A DNA stretch of 64,000 bases from Vicugna vicugna (taxonomy: Eukaryota): assembly GCA_013265495.1 (NCBI GenBank), contig MU057701.1, forward strand, positions 1,116,001 to 1,180,000, read 5' to 3'. Both the position numbers and the translations under genes were made by a program. Positions 1-13,830 of the stretch are shown piece after piece (positions within the stretch are counted from its first letter, which is position 1; each line of letters starts with the position of its first letter). The notes under the pieces are model-generated. The model saw only the letters and a list, made by a program, of their open reading frames with translations, searched no databases and was not told the DNA's origin.

Positions 1-715
1 GTCTAGATGCAGGGGGTATATACGGTGGAGAATAAACTAGGCAGATTCTCTTCTTTCAACAGATATTCTAGATAGACAAAAATATAGGTACAAATAAGAA
101 AAACATCAGAAATAATTGCTATGCTGAGAAAGTATTGTGATGTACAATCAAATGCCTTTGTGACTACTTTAGATTTGAAGGTCAGGAAGGACCTCTTAGA
201 GTTGACATTTAAGCTTAAACTATGATTTGAATGACAACAAGAAGTCTGGCCTAGGGAAAATAGGAGGGAAAAAATCATTCTAGGTGGAAGGAAGAGTTAC
301 TCTCCAGCATGAAAGGTAGAGTGCCTATGGAAAGCTCAAGGAGCAGGAAGATTGTCGGTGTGACAGAGACAGAGTGGGAGAAGGGTGAGAACACAGGTCT
401 GAGGTAGACTGTAGCTAAGTCAGGTGGGGCTTTGTCAGCTAGTATTCATATCTACAAATATATGTGGATTTCATATAAAATAATTAAAGTCAATACAAAA
501 TGATTTGAATACATAATCGACAACCTGCTTATCACCTGGGTTTCTTTGGGGCTTCGAGGCTTTAGGCTTGCCTTTATTCAGAGTTCTTGAAGTCATTATA
601 TTTGTATTAATCATTCCGTTTTCTTACAAGTGATTATTATTGCAGTACATATATTGTCTAGAGAACTCTACTTTTGATACCTGAGTTAACTTTCTTCCTT
701 GTTACTTTTCAATAG

Positions 716-918
716 ACCGGCATCTGAATATTCTAGTCCTGGCAGACCTCTTAGCTGCTTTGTTGATGAGAACACTCCAGTTAGTGGAACAAATGGTGCA
801 ACATGTGGACAGTCTTCAGATCCCAGACTGGCAGAGAGGAGAGTCAGGTCACAACGACATAGGAATTACATGAGCAGGACACATTTACATACTCCTCCAG
901 ATCTACCGGAAGGCTATG
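716..918 (+). CDS. SMURF2: SMURF2 coding exon (~exon 8), linker into WW2
   Basis: aatag|A CCG GCA...TAT G|gtacg, 203 nt; encodes (R)PASEYSSPGRPLSCFVDENTPVSGTNGATCGQSSDPRLAERRVRSQRHRNYMSRTHLHTPPDLPEGY, recognised as SMURF2. Confidence 0.97.
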
Positions 919-1070
919 GTACGATAACTAGCAGAGGGAAAATAAAATGTGGTTTATGGGTTTAAGCTTGCTAATAAGAAAGCCAGAAAATAACCTTTTA
1001 AATAAGTTATTAATCTGGGTTTAGAGATTCAGCATGAAAATAAAAGTAAATGTAAAACCCCCCAACTTTG

Positions 1071-1377
1071 TTTTTTTAATTTAAATTTTTATTTTTTTAA
1101 TTGAAGTATATAATCAGTTACAGTGTGTCAGTTTCTGGTGTATAGCATAATGTCCCAGCCATACATGCACATAAATACATTTGTTTTCATATTCTTTTCC
1201 ATTAAAGGTTATATTACAGGATACTGAATATAGTTCCCTGTGCTATACAGAATTTGTTTTTTTAATCCATTTTTATATATAGTAGTTAATATTTGCAAGT
1301 CTCAAGCTCCTAAATTTATCCCTTCCCACCTCAATTCCCCCCAGTAACCATAAGATTGTTTAAAATGTCTGTGAGTC
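1071..1377 (-). mobile_element. 5'-truncated L1 3' end with target-site duplication
   Basis: T-rich tail, then ttgaagtata...gttccctgtgctatacag; flanked by tgtaaaaccccccaactttg / tgtaaaacctcccaattttg. Confidence 0.8.
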
Positions 1378-2194
1378 TGTAAAACCTCCCAATTTTGAAG
1401 TCTCTGAAGTGGTAGAAGACTACCTAACAACAGATAGACCTTGACTTAGTCGCTTAACCTCAACCTTTTTTTGCTCAGTTATAATGAAATGAGATAAATG
1501 ATACCTCTCCTTATCTCAAAGGTATTGAGCATAGGAAACAATTTGAGACTACTTTGTAAACAGGCACTGTACAAAGGTGAAATGGTATTGTTCTTGATAA
1601 TGGCAATCTGTAGTCTGACCTCTACTGTAATTTTCTAGGCATACATATTTAGAGATGATTTTGAAAGCATATTTCTGATGGTATTTATATATTTGTATTG
1701 TCTATAATTAATGGGTTATCTGAGTAATTGTAATAGTTGTAAATGGTTTAGTTATTTCTGTGTATGAAATTATTATGATCTTATATAATTTCCTAAATGA
1801 TGGAATTTCTTGTGGAAGATGACATGAATCTTCTTATAGTTGAATACAGAACTTTCTCAGTTAATCACATCTTGTGAACTCTTCTTGTAGATACGATAAA
1901 CTTAGGTGTTCTCTCCTTTTTTCCTGGAAGCTTAACCAAGTTACTAACTTCCTTACCCTCTCCCAGCCTATAGATAAACTATCCTGGGCTGATGATGACA
2001 CCTAGTGACCAACATTGGGAATTGCCTGATCTAACTTGTAGTTTATTTTTACTCTAGAGTGTTTTTTAAACTGTACCACAAATGCCTGATTCTGACTTTT
2101 TTTTTTAATATTTTAATCTTTTAATTTAAAAAACCGAGTTTTTCCATTAATTGTACTAGGCTACACAAGTTAACTTACAGCACAGTAATTAGAC

Positions 2195-2400
2195 CATGGG
2201 CTTGGGAGACAAGAGAGACCTGGATTCATATTCTGGCTTTGGCACTTGTTATCTGTGTGACGCTGGTGGGGCACATTATTTACCCTTTCTGAGCCTCAGT
2301 TTTATCTTCTGAAAAATGCGGAAAATAATAGTACCAGCCATGTAGATTTGTTGCAAGAAATGATTGAAATGTCTTATGAAGCTTAAATTAGTAAAAATTT
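2195..2400 (+). mobile_element. MIR SINE
   Basis: core motif gacctggattc...tctgagcctcagtttt...aaaatg...ataatagtacc. Confidence 0.75.
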
Positions 2401-3645
2401 AGCTGTTATTAATAATGTTTAGACCTTAGAATAGAGTATCTCCTGCCATTTCTTTTTAATTAAGATGATAAGGCAAGTGGTTTCGAGTAGGGGTGGTTCC
2501 ACTTCTACAGTATTTGTATGATTTGGATTAAAAATGTTTTTTGTACAACCAAAGCATAAGAATAAAATGATTAGTTACCGAGGCTGAAATCATTACAGCT
2601 GTCATCTGGAATCAGTTTTAAACATTTTTATATTTATAATTTCAAAGTTTAAATTGACTTGACTTTATTATAGGTTTATAAACAAATTTATGTAAATAAA
2701 TATTAGCAATAATTTTATCATTTCGTATATTGGAATTTTTTGTTAGATTTTGTTAAAAAAAAAAAGTGGTTCTGTTGCTTGAAAACATAAATAAAGATGA
2801 AAAACCACCATTGAAGAAACCCTTTCACAGATTCCTTCCCTTTGCCCGGGCTTCCTCACTTTCATCCAAGGGCTTTGGCTTAATTTTACCTTTGACTTTT
2901 TTTCTTCCCAGTAGACACATTTGCTCTCCTTCTAACTTGGTTATTTTTCCGTCTTTGCCTATTTTTGACTGTAGTGTGTGTCTCCTGTATTCCATCTTTT
3001 TTTTTTTTTTTGCCTCTGTTTGAGTCCGGGTATAGTCTTGAGAATATACCTCTCTCAAGAAAAAAAAAAAACCCTTAAGTTTTGATATAAAATTAGGCAT
3101 AATTTAAAAAGCATTACCAGCCTGCAAACTCTTTGAAAGTTTCTGCAAATCCCCAGAGAATCTCCCCAAAGTTGGCTAGCCTCTTTCTCTGAGCCTTTTT
3201 GTTCCCCTCAGGCTCCACATTTAAGACAAATAAAAGATAATTTCTTCATGTTTGTTTTGTTTAATTATTAGTACTGTGACAGTCTTGTTTTCTGTTATCC
3301 ATTGCAACATGTTTAATATTTGATCCACATTATAAATGTAGTTGGCTTTTAGATAGCTGGCTTGTGACCCTCATCACTATTTATAAGATCGTTTCCAGGA
3401 GAAAATGTATTCTGAGTTTAGAACAAATGATTTGTAAAGCAGGTTTTGTTGGTAATAAAATAGGTTGGTAATTTGGCGAATTTGTGTATTTTTTTAAACA
3501 TTTTTTTATTGAGTTATAGTCATTTTACAATGTATCAAATTCCAGTGTAGAATTTACCTATTAATATAATATCCTAGGGTTTGTAGCTGTTTTTGACTTG
3601 GACATTCTGAATATGCTTTATTATGAGTGTTTCTTAATTTTACAG

Positions 3646-3730
3646 AACAGAGGACAACACAACAAGGTCAGGTGTATTTCTTACATACTCAGACTGGTGT
3701 GAGCACATGGCATGATCCAAGAGTGCCCAG
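3646..3730 (+). CDS. SMURF2: SMURF2 coding exon (~exon 9), WW2 domain
   Basis: tacag|AA CAG AGG...CCC AG|gtaag, 85 nt; EQRTTQQGQVYFLHTQTGVSTWHDPRVP; phases match both neighbours; not in the ORF track. Confidence 0.97.
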
Positions 3731-4951
3731 GTAAGAACATATTCCAAATACCCTCAGACCATTGAATATTAACATTTTGCCTAGCATTTATTTGATAATT
3801 TAACCTTTAACTTCTTTTTTAAAAAGTTGATATAAAAGTTTGGCTCTTTCTGATCATTTTTTTCAGTTTGACATTTAGTAGACAGTCCTAACTTACTTCT
3901 CTGCAATCCTACACCAGTGCCGTACCCTCTAGCCAGTCCCTAGTTGCTCTCTTTTCTCACCCTCAAAAAATTTGAGGTAAAAACATGAATCTTTTAGGAG
4001 TGAAAATTAACCTCAGAAAAACAGCAAACCTTACAAATACATACATATCTTTTTTTAAAGGGTAGTAAATTGATATTTTTATGTCTGGTTAGGCTTTTTT
4101 TTTTTTTAAGTTTTGTTTAACTTTATATGAGTATATTCAATATCTCTTTATGTGCTCTTTAGTAAAATTTCATTTTAATGTAGAAAAGAAATAATCTAAT
4201 TAAAATAGATAAAATTTCTTCGTCTATTTGTGTCCAAAATTTGTATATTTGAACTGCAGGCATTGTTGAGTGCATTTATTAACGAGAATATCAGCTATCT
4301 TTTACCTTCAAGAAGATGGAATGACACAAAATCAATTTAGTAATTTAACATAATTTCTGATATATTTTAGTATCAAATAATAAATTTTTCAACCACTATT
4401 TAGCTATTTTGAATTATTTTCTAATGAACACATGGAGAGTCCAAGTAGTCCAGTTGAAGCTACCCCTCCAAAAAAAGATTTCTAAGTAAAATTCTAAATC
4501 AACTTTGTAAACTGCACATGTGCCTTTTTAAGATAAGGATATTTTATATTGAAGTGCAACATTCTTCTCCCAAAAAGAAAAAATGTTCCATGGAGGGTCA
4601 AGAGATCTTCTGCCTAAAGCTTATACTCAGAGCTCTGCTTGTCAAGAATCATGTGTTTGAATGAAAAACAGATGTGACTAGCTGATCTTGGATTACTTTG
4701 ATACTCTATTTATAAATAAAGCTATTTTAGTGAAAATGTTTTACTTTGTGATAGAGCTTAATTAGACTCTTTTGAAGATGGCAGCCAAGGAAATAAATGT
4801 GTTATCATTAATTATTGCCATTTTTGTGTCTTGATGATATAAGCTGTTACTTTAAAAAAAAAAAAGTAATGGGGAGAAAGTCTTTGTTTTATTAATAAAC
4901 ACACTAAAAAAAAAAAAATCCAAGGGTCTGAGTTTTAAAAACAAGAGTTTT

Positions 4952-5090
4952 GTGGGGAGAGTATAGCTCAAGTGGTAGAGTGCATGCTCAGCATGCACAA
5001 GTTCCTGGGTTCAGTCCCCAGTGCCTCCTCTATAATAGAATAAAATAAATAAACCTAATTTATCCCCCCCTCCCCCAGAAAAAAAGAAAT
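4952..5090 (+). mobile_element. tRNA-Ala-derived SINE, Vic-1-like
   Basis: A box tagctcaagtgg, B box ggttcagtcc, aaataaacctaatt-C-rich/A tail; TSD aagagtttt on both sides. Confidence 0.88.
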
Positions 5091-7411
5091 AAGAGTTTTA
5101 TCATGTAAATTATGAAAAGCAGTGTTTTGGAAACTGTTTATGAAATTGAAGGTCAATAATGAACTTTTCTATAAAATAATTTAAAATCATTAGAAGGAAA
5201 TGTATAGAATAAAAATGATTTTTTAAAAACTAAATGATTTTACAATAGTGTGAAAGTTGATCTTGAGTTACCTGTTGAAAGAATAGTATGTAAACTGGCT
5301 TTGGAAGTTGAAATTGAGATTTTGGCACCACTCTTGGCAATATGCCCAATTATTCCTAAGGAAACAAACGTCAGTTTTTCGTTAATGAATAAGGGATTTC
5401 TATAAAGATTTAAGAATATTTCACGTTGAATATTGAATAATGACTTTATGAACTAATGCTCTGTATTACAGATTTTTCTTTAATCTCTATGCCCCACAAA
5501 GTGTTATCTTAAAAATATGTATCTTTTGTTTTAGAGGATCCTTTAGTAAATACATCTTTTATATCAAGGATCTTTTTATCAAAGCAGACTCTAAATATTT
5601 AGATTCTATTAAAATATCACTATTCAAAGACATTTATAAAACAGTATAACTCAGACACTTTAAAACTAACTTTATTTCAAGGTATCCAGTAAATTTAGAT
5701 TTATCTGCGACGTTCCATTTCAGAACGTTTTTTATTTCTTGTTAAAATAATGATAAATGCCTTGTTATTCATTATATTGCATACTGTGTAGTCTTGAAAT
5801 ACAGATCTATATTACTTTTTATGGCTGTATAACATTCCATTTCTTTTAATCATTTCCCAATTTGACATAAAGAGTGTTTTTTCCAGTGTTCTGCTTCTTA
5901 ACGATTCTTTAGAGCCCTCCAGTGTATGACTATAAATTTATAAAATTCTAAATAAAACGATATCAAATCAAATTCTTCACTATATCAAAAGAATTATTCA
6001 TTCTTTGATTATAATAATTGCTTTTCTAGAAGTTCTATTTAAAAAAATCCATCTGTGCATTCTTAATAATATTGCATTGGTAGTTATTATGTAATGGCTC
6101 CCTTTTATTATTTTTTAAAATGTTGCATATCATAGCTGTTCTTTTTGATATCTGACAGTACTTGGAGATCTAATTCTGTGGTTATTTTTTCTACTGACTC
6201 TCAGTAATTGTGACTTCCTTTCTGAAGTGTTGGGTGACCTCTGATTTTGAGTTTGATTTTCATTGGTTGGAGTTCTGTGGACCTAAAGTGGAAATTTAGG
6301 CAGTTTTCCTGGAATCACTTCATCTTCCCTTTGAGTTCTCAAGCTTAGTGGGGAAGTTCCAGATTTCCTTTTCCAACTTAGCTGTACCAGCTCCAACTCA
6401 ATTCACTTAAAAATTTTTTTTGTGGAGGATTCTTGAAACTTTTCCCCTTCCCTCTTTTGAGAATAGCAATGTCTCAAATGGTGTGTTCTCTCCAAACTTA
6501 GTTCTGTAGCAGAAGAGTCTCTGGCACATTTATGAGCAGAAGTCAAAAATCATTGTTTCAACAAATCTGAGTACTTACATGTGCCATCATTGTGTTCTCA
6601 CTATGACCAAGAAGAGGCTATTTCAGGAAAAATCTTTTTCTAGTTTAACTTCTGAAACATGATTTTGATGAGATTTGTCATTATAATTATTGGTTACAGT
6701 TTAAATTTACATTAGACTTGCTGCTTTTATTTCATTCTTTAAGGTCCTGTAAATCTTTGTCATATATGATAGTATTTTAAGAGTGTGTGATACAATAACA
6801 ATGGTCTTTGCTCTATTAAAAGTCTTTTTGTTTCTTTTCATTGTAGTAACAAGTCTAAGAGCATTCTTCCTAAGGTGTCTTAAATAGGTTCTTCATTCAC
6901 TAGCTTTACAGCTTTCAAAATTCAAAACGGATTAATTATCCTTTGAAATACAAACTGTGGTTATTTTAGGATCATAATTTAAATAACATTTCCAGTTTTG
7001 CTTTGGTGAAGAGTTTAAAGTTAATCACGGAGTGGACATTTACCCAAATTTTATGGTATAATAAAGAAATAATTGAAGGGAAATTTTAGAAAACACTTAA
7101 TTTTTTATGTTTATGTTGGCAAATGTTGTGATTGCTTTTATATTAATTTAAAACCTGAATTACATTAAAGCCCAGGAATGAACTTACTAAGAATGTAGGC
7201 TATGTGATAAGTTTCTGAGTCATTTATGAATTGGGTTTTGAATATGCAAGTTTGTTAAACCATTGGGAATTAAAGATTCCAGCTGAACATCTCAAGTTTC
7301 TGAAACAATACATTTTCTCAGACTTCATGGAATTGTTCTGTGTCATTTACAGTTGCTTGGCTCACCAGGCCCAGCAGTGAGGTATTTTTTATTCTATATT
7401 TGTTTTTGCAG

Positions 7412-7570
7412 GGATCTTAGCAACATCAATTGTGAAGAGCTTGGTCCGTTGCCTCCTGGATGGGAGATCCGGAATACAGCAACAGGCAGAGTTTATTTCG
7501 TTGACCATAACAACAGAACAACACAGTTTACAGATCCTCGGCTCTCTGCTAACCTGCATTTAGTTTTAAA
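7412..7570 (+). CDS. SMURF2: SMURF2 coding exon (~exon 10), WW3 domain
   Basis: tgcag|G GAT CTT...TTA AA|gtaag, 159 nt; [52 protein letters not shown]. Confidence 0.98.
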
Positions 7571-8025
7571 GTAAGTTTTTGAAACGGTGCATGTTAAAAT
7601 GCAACTCTGAAAAAGATGAATAGATGCTTTTTTTGTAATCAATGTGATAGACTGCTCTCTTCAATTATAAATTACTTTTGTTGAACATTATTTTATACAA
7701 GAGTAGGACAAGTTTTACTGTGATATATGAGTATTTTAATCCCACTGTGCTTAAGTAGAAATCTGTCTTGAGATGTTAGGAAAAGGGTATGTATCACAGG
7801 TGCACCCTAGCATACCTGTAGAGACAGGCTGTTCTGTGGGGTAGATGGATTTTTTTCCCCCTCAGTGCATTAAAGATAGCTCCAAGAGAGCTGTATCCAT
7901 CCCAGGGGATTTTCTGCTGTGTCAGTTTTGTCCTCCAGTTTTGTCCTCCAGCTTTAAGCCACCTTTCTCATTTGCAGGACTTAGTTTTTCTCACATGTCT
8001 TTGTGAATGGGCTTGATGTACTCTG

Positions 8026-8459
8026 CATTTTGTTTTGTTTGTTTTAATTGAAGTATAGTTGATTTACAGTATTAAGTCGGTTTCAAAGTGATTGTTATAT
8101 ATATTTTTTTCAGATTATTTTCCATTATAGGTTATTACGAGATATTGAATGTAGTTCCTTGTGTTATACAGTAAATTCTTGTTGTTTATCTTTTATGTAT
8201 GGTAGTTTGTATCCATTAATTTCATACTCCTAACTTAATCTCTTCCCACCCCCTCTTCTCCTTTGGTAACTGTTTTCTGTGCTTGAATCTGTTTCTGTTT
8301 TGTATAGAGATTCATTTGCATTATTTTTTAGATTCTGCATATAAATGATATATTTGTCCTTCTCTGTCTGACTTATTGCACTTAGTATGATATTCTCTAG
8401 GTACATCCATGTTGCTGCAAATGGGAATATTTTATTTTTTATGGCTGAGTAATGTTCCA

Positions 8460-8502
<43 letters not shown>

Positions 8503-8830
8503 TGTCCCGCGTGTGCGTGCACTGCATCTTCTTAAACCAATCATCTGTTGATGGGCACATGGGTTGTTTCCATGTCTTGACTATTGTAAATAGTGCTGCT
8601 ATGAACATTGGAGTGCATGTATCTTTTCAAACTAGAATTTTCTATTTTCCTGATATATGGCCAGGAGTGGGATTGCTGGATCATTTGGTATCTCCGTTTT
8701 TAATTTTTAGGGAACCGCTCTACTGTTTTCCATTGTGGCTGCACCACCTTACATTCCCACCAATGGTGTAGGAGGATTCCCTTTTCTCCACAAGCTCTTT
8801 AGCATTTATTATTTGTAGACTTTTTGATGA
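8026..8830 (-). mobile_element. L1 3' end with an embedded (TG)n microsatellite (~8462-8498)
   Basis: antisense L1 3'UTR/ORF2 end (catccatgttgctgcaaatgg; gtaaatagtgctgctatgaacattgg). Confidence 0.88.
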
Positions 8831-9029
8831 ACCCTGGGGTTTTTTTAATCAGCTTTATTGAAATGTAATTGACACACAAATTGTACATATATAAAGTGTA
8901 CAATTTAAATTTTGACATATACCTGTGAAACCGTCACCACAGTGGAGATAGTGAGGAACATGTTTGACACCCCCCAGAGTTTCCTCATGCCTCCATGTAG
9001 CCTCTTGGTAGCACCTCCACCTGTCCCTT

Positions 9030-10352
9030 CTCTCGTTTTCTAAGGCTACCTTAGACCACACTGTGGGTGGTTTAAAGCAATAGAAATCTATTCTCTTACA
9101 GTTCTGGAGGCTAAACTTCAGACTCAAGTTGTCAGCAGACTTGGTTCCTTCTGGAGGCTCTGAAGGGGAATCTGTCCATGCCTCTCTCCTAGCTTCTGGT
9201 GGTTGCCAGAAGCCTTGCTGTTCCTTGGCTTGTGGACACATTATCTGAGTCTTTGCTTTTGTCTTCACATGACCTTCTGTGATCTTTTTTACCTACAAAG
9301 CTTCTGACACCAAATTCGTGGGTTTTTTCCTTCAAACATACCAGTTCTCCAAGTCTGCGGACACCAACTAGGAGACTAGCACTGAATTCAGTCTGACCCC
9401 ACCTGCAGTTAGCATTAGACCCCACAGGTTAAGGGCTCAGTCTCACAAGACTGTCCTCACTTCTGATGTCAATCCCAAGTCCTAGGCTTCTTGTACTTCT
9501 TACCAACTGGCTATAAACTGAGGATTTCTCATGACTCCCTCCTTAGTTTCAATAATTTGCTACAATGGCTCACAGAACTCAGGGAGATTATTTCTTCACT
9601 ATTACCAATTTATTATTAAAGATGCAACTTGGAAACAGCCAAATGGAAGAGGACAAGGTATGGGGCTGGGGGAGGGTGATGCACAGAGCTTCCATGCCCT
9701 CTCCAGGTCTTTCAGTGTGTTTGTTCACCAACCCAGAGGCTTTCTGAACACCATCATTTAGGGGTTTTTAGGGAGGTGTTATCACATAGGCATGATCGAT
9801 TAGATTATTAACTCAATCTCCAACAACCACCGCCCCCATCCTGGTCCCCAGAGGTCGAGGGGATGGGGCTGAAAGTTCTAGGTTTCTAATCAAGCCTTGG
9901 TCCTGGTGACCAGTCCTCATCCTGAAACTATATAGGGGCCCAGCAAGTCACCTCATTAAACAAAAAGTGCTTCTATACCTAGGAAATCCTAAGGCATTTA
10001 GGAGCTCTGTGTCTTATACTGGGGACAAACAGCAAACATTAGAACAGAAGACACTATCACTTGTCACTCAGGAAACGTCAAGCATGTTAGGGGTTCTGTG
10101 TCAGGAACCAGGGACAAAGGCCAAAGTATATTTCTTAATATGCTACACCTCTCTCCTGTATGTCTGGATCCAAATTTACCTCTTCTTAGAAGAATGCCAA
10201 TTTATTTGTTTTAGGGCCACCTTAATCCACATTGTTTGACCACATTTAACTTGATTACATCTGCAAAGACCGTATTTCCAAATAAGATCACATTCACAGG
10301 TAATCAAGGGTTAGGACTTCAACATATCTTTTTGAACAGTTTAGTTCACACC
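9030..10352 (-). mobile_element. MLT1 (MaLR) solo LTR, split by a second LTR
   Basis: cagttctggaggc...ggttccttctggaggctctga in the first half; gattacatctgcaaagac...gggttaggacttcaacatatc in the second half. Confidence 0.8.
9278..10147. mobile_element. MER21-like solo LTR nested in MLT1
   Basis: TG...CA termini; motifs cccacaggttaagggctcagtc and ggctcacagaactcaggg; flanks ccttc / cctct. Confidence 0.7.
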
Positions 10353-12476
10353 GAATCTTCGGCCAACCACTGATATGCTTTCTGTCAGTAAACATTTGTA
10401 ATTTTTAGAATTTTAGATAAGTGAATTCATACAGTACTTTTTTTGGTTTGTTTGGTTTCTTTTACCCAGCATAGTTATTTGAGAGTCATCCCTGTTGTTG
10501 CGCGTATATAGTTCTTTTCATTCCAGAGTGGTATTCTATTGTATGGATATACTTCAATTTATTTATCTGTTTACTTGTTGATACACATTTGGATTGTTTC
10601 AGTTTTGGCTATGACAAAACTGTTATGAGTATTTATGTTTAACTTTAAAAAATAATTGCCAGATTGTACTGTTTGACATTCCCACTAGCAGTATATGAGG
10701 TTGTAATTGCTCCACATTCTTGCAGACACATGGTATAGTTAATCTTAGTAATGTTAGACATTCTGATAGGTGTATAGTGGTATCTCATTATAGTCGTAAT
10801 TGGTGTTTCTCTAATGACTAATGACATTTATCATCTTTTCATGTGCTTATTTTCATCTGTATATCTTCTTGGGTGAAATTTTTTTGCCTCCTTTTTAAAA
10901 AAAATTGAGTTTTAAAAAAATTGTTTAATTTTGAGAATTCTTTGAAATACGAATTCTGTATCAGATATACGCTTTAGAAAGATTTTCTACTAGAGCTTCA
11001 CTTGTCTTTTCATTTTTTTAAGTGTCTTTTGAAGAGCAGAAGGTTCCTTTGAAATTTTGATGAAGTTCATCTTATCCATTTGTTCTTTTATGGATTGTGC
11101 TTAGGGGATCATATGTGAGAAATCCTTGCCTAACACAAGTCATAAAAATTTTCTACTGTGTTTCAGAAGTTTTATGGCTGTAGGTTTTAGAGTGATGTCT
11201 GATTCATTCTGAGTTAAATTTTTCTATCTGGTGTAAGGTATACACAAGTTTTTTTTTTTTATGTAGGATTAATACAGTTGTTCAAGGGGTGTTTTTTAAT
11301 GCAGTATTCTATTTTGATTTATATATGTGTGTGTGTGTATAAAAACACCTTTATTATAATGTCTGCAAGAGTAGTAAATGGTGATTTGTAATTTTCATCA
11401 AAGCTGCATTTTCTCTGGATAGTTGTATGTTTTAGGTATAAAATTTGGCCTGGTACATAAGACTCACTCTATGTAAAATAGGTTTTGGTGATTTGTTAGA
11501 GAACTGAAAGTTATTTTTGTTTATTTTCTGATAACTACCATTGCCCTTTACCTTTAGGTTAGGAGACTGTACTCTTTTGTCTGTTGTGTGTAAAATTAAA
11601 TTCCAGCTGAGTCACTCAGTGTTTGCATAGACATCAATAGTGGATTATCTGACTTTTTATTCCTTGACAGTTTATTGGAATTAACTAGTTGATTATATGC
11701 AACCTACAATATTTTTGCTAGGAGAATAAAGATCTCTCTAGGCAATGTGGCTTTTTAAAATTATTATTTTTCTACTATGCTTGGGAGATTATTTACATGT
11801 CTTTGAGGTAAAACACGTGCGTGCAGTTAGAAGCCTGTGACAAGCCTGACAAGCCTGACACAACTGTAGCACAAAAGACTGTGAATGTACTTAATGCCAC
11901 TGACTGTAATACTTTAAAATGGTTAAAATGGTAAATTTTATGTTATGTGTACTTTGTCACAATAAAAAGAAAAGTAGTCACTTATAAAGCATTTAGACTT
12001 GTTTGTAAAGTGCTCATTTCTCTGTGCCAGTAACTGACACATGGTCTCTCTCATTCCTGTGGTCTAGACTGTAGCGTGCATAGGAGAAGAGGTCCCTGCC
12101 AAGCTGCCTGTTCAAACTGTTTTGTCTCTTCTGGAGAGACAGACTCTAGATAACAGACACAGGATTTGACATCTGCCTGAATTTTAAAATGAGTGATGGT
12201 AAACTATGCAGAAAATGGAAACTGTATTTGAGAAATTTATTCTCAGCAGCTGTATAAAGCTTTATGGGTAAAACTCCATTATCCAGTTCCATAAATTTGT
12301 ATAGATTCTGAGAAATAAACTCAGGAGCTAGTTTATTGTCAAAAATGTCAAGCTAAGAATATAATAAGGCCTAGAAATGATATAGCTAGACTTGATTTAT
12401 AGTATAATGCTATTTTAAGTATGTAATTGCAATCTCTTTGATTTAAAGTACTTTAATAATATTTGTTTACTTTCAG

Positions 12477-12672
12477 TCGGCAGAACCAATTGAAAGACCA
12501 GCAGCAGCAGCAGGTGGTATCGCTATGCCCTGATGACACGGAGTGTCTGACAGTCCCACGGTACAAGCGAGACCTGGTTCAGAAACTAAAGATTTTGCGG
12601 CAGGAACTTTCCCAGCAACAGCCTCAGGCTGGTCATTGCCGCATTGAGGTTTCTAGGGAAGAGATTTTTGAG
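12477..12672 (+). CDS. SMURF2: SMURF2 coding exon (~exon 11)
   Basis: ttcag|T CGG CAG...TTT GAG|gtaaa, 196 nt; RQNQLKDQQQQQVVSLCPDDTECLTVPRYKRDLVQKLKILRQELSQQQPQAGHCRIEVSREEIFE. Confidence 0.98.
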
Positions 12673-13726
12673 GTAAACTTGCAAGTCTTATTTTAAAATA
12701 GAGAAAAATTAAATTTCAGTGATTTACTCTCTTTTCCAATAATATTTTGGGGGGACTCATATATCTTTAGCATGGGAGAATTTTCATTAATTTCTTTTCT
12801 AATTGTGGGGAATAAAGGCTATCTAACGTTAGAGAGATTTCATGCATAAGACAAACATTTAAGTGGGCTGAAGTGTGAGATGTTCCATCTGGTGCAGCTT
12901 GGTCCCGGCACTGCAAATACTTATTTGTAAAGGAATTTTAAAAGACCACAAATAGTATCCATCCTATATTTTCTAATTCTTCCAAAAAGTAAAGGACCCA
13001 TAAATCAAAATCTTTTTTTGTTTAAATTACTGTTCAACTACTTTCTTAATTCAAAATCTTCCTCTCTAGTATATCCTTCTATCTTTGGATTTTATAGCTC
13101 TAATATCAGCGTTAAAGTTCTTATATAATAAGTGGCACAGGTCCAAGGCAGGGGCTTCCTACTCTTTAGAGGGTTCCTGGGCAAGAGATGCTTGGGGACT
13201 TGGCAGTCCTTCTCCCAAAGGATAAACTTTCTTTCTCTCAGAACACTTCTGACCTTGTTTGTAGTCAGTCATTTGTATTTTTAAAATAATACAAAGTTTT
13301 CATTAGTGAAAATCACATTAATGATTACTTAAGTTCTTTGAAACTCCTTTTCTTACTCTTAATTTCTACTGGTGTCTGTGACCTAGAATTAGGTCAGTTA
13401 ACTAAAAAAAATTTAATATTTCTATCAAACTTTGTTTTTAATGTGAGTATAGAATCATTGCTATGGTTCATAGGATTTAAATATGGAGGTTTGCTCCTAG
13501 TAGGCTTTTTATATAATGTTTATCAAATGAATTGGTTTCAGTAGGATTAAACTATACCCATTTTGTTTTTAAAAGTTCCATGAGGTTTCAAACACTCGGA
13601 GTTTATCCATTGATTGGATTGTTGAACAAATTCCACCTTATTTAAATAGTGTATGTTTCATAGGTGGAATGGGAGAGAGAGTTTTAAAATGCCTAGGAAT
13701 AACAGTATATTAAAAATGTTTTTCAG

Positions 13727-13830
13727 GAATCATATCGGCAGGTCATGAAAATGAGACCAAAAGATCTCTGGAAGCGATTAATGATAAAATTTCGTGGAGA
13801 AGAAGGCCTTGACTATGGAGGGGTTGCCAG
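13727..13830 (+). CDS. SMURF2: SMURF2 coding exon (~exon 12), HECT N-lobe
   Basis: ttcag|GAA TCA...GCC AG|gtaaa, 104 nt; ESYRQVMKMRPKDLWKRLMIKFRGEEGLDYGGVA, the HECT signature. Confidence 0.98.

Larger units (their letters stand above)
8850..11285 (-). mobile_element. Old L1M fragment interrupted by nested LTR elements
   Basis: cagctttattgaaatgtaattgac... at 8850; L1 resumes ~10355 (caaccactgatatgctttctgtc) and runs through antisense ORF2-end motifs. Confidence 0.75.

Noticed and set aside
4952..5030. tRNA-Ala-like sequences here and at ~15906, ~19070, ~46392 and ~48340
   Set aside because: They have degenerate stems and SINE tails, most with TSDs. They are SINE heads, not tRNA genes.
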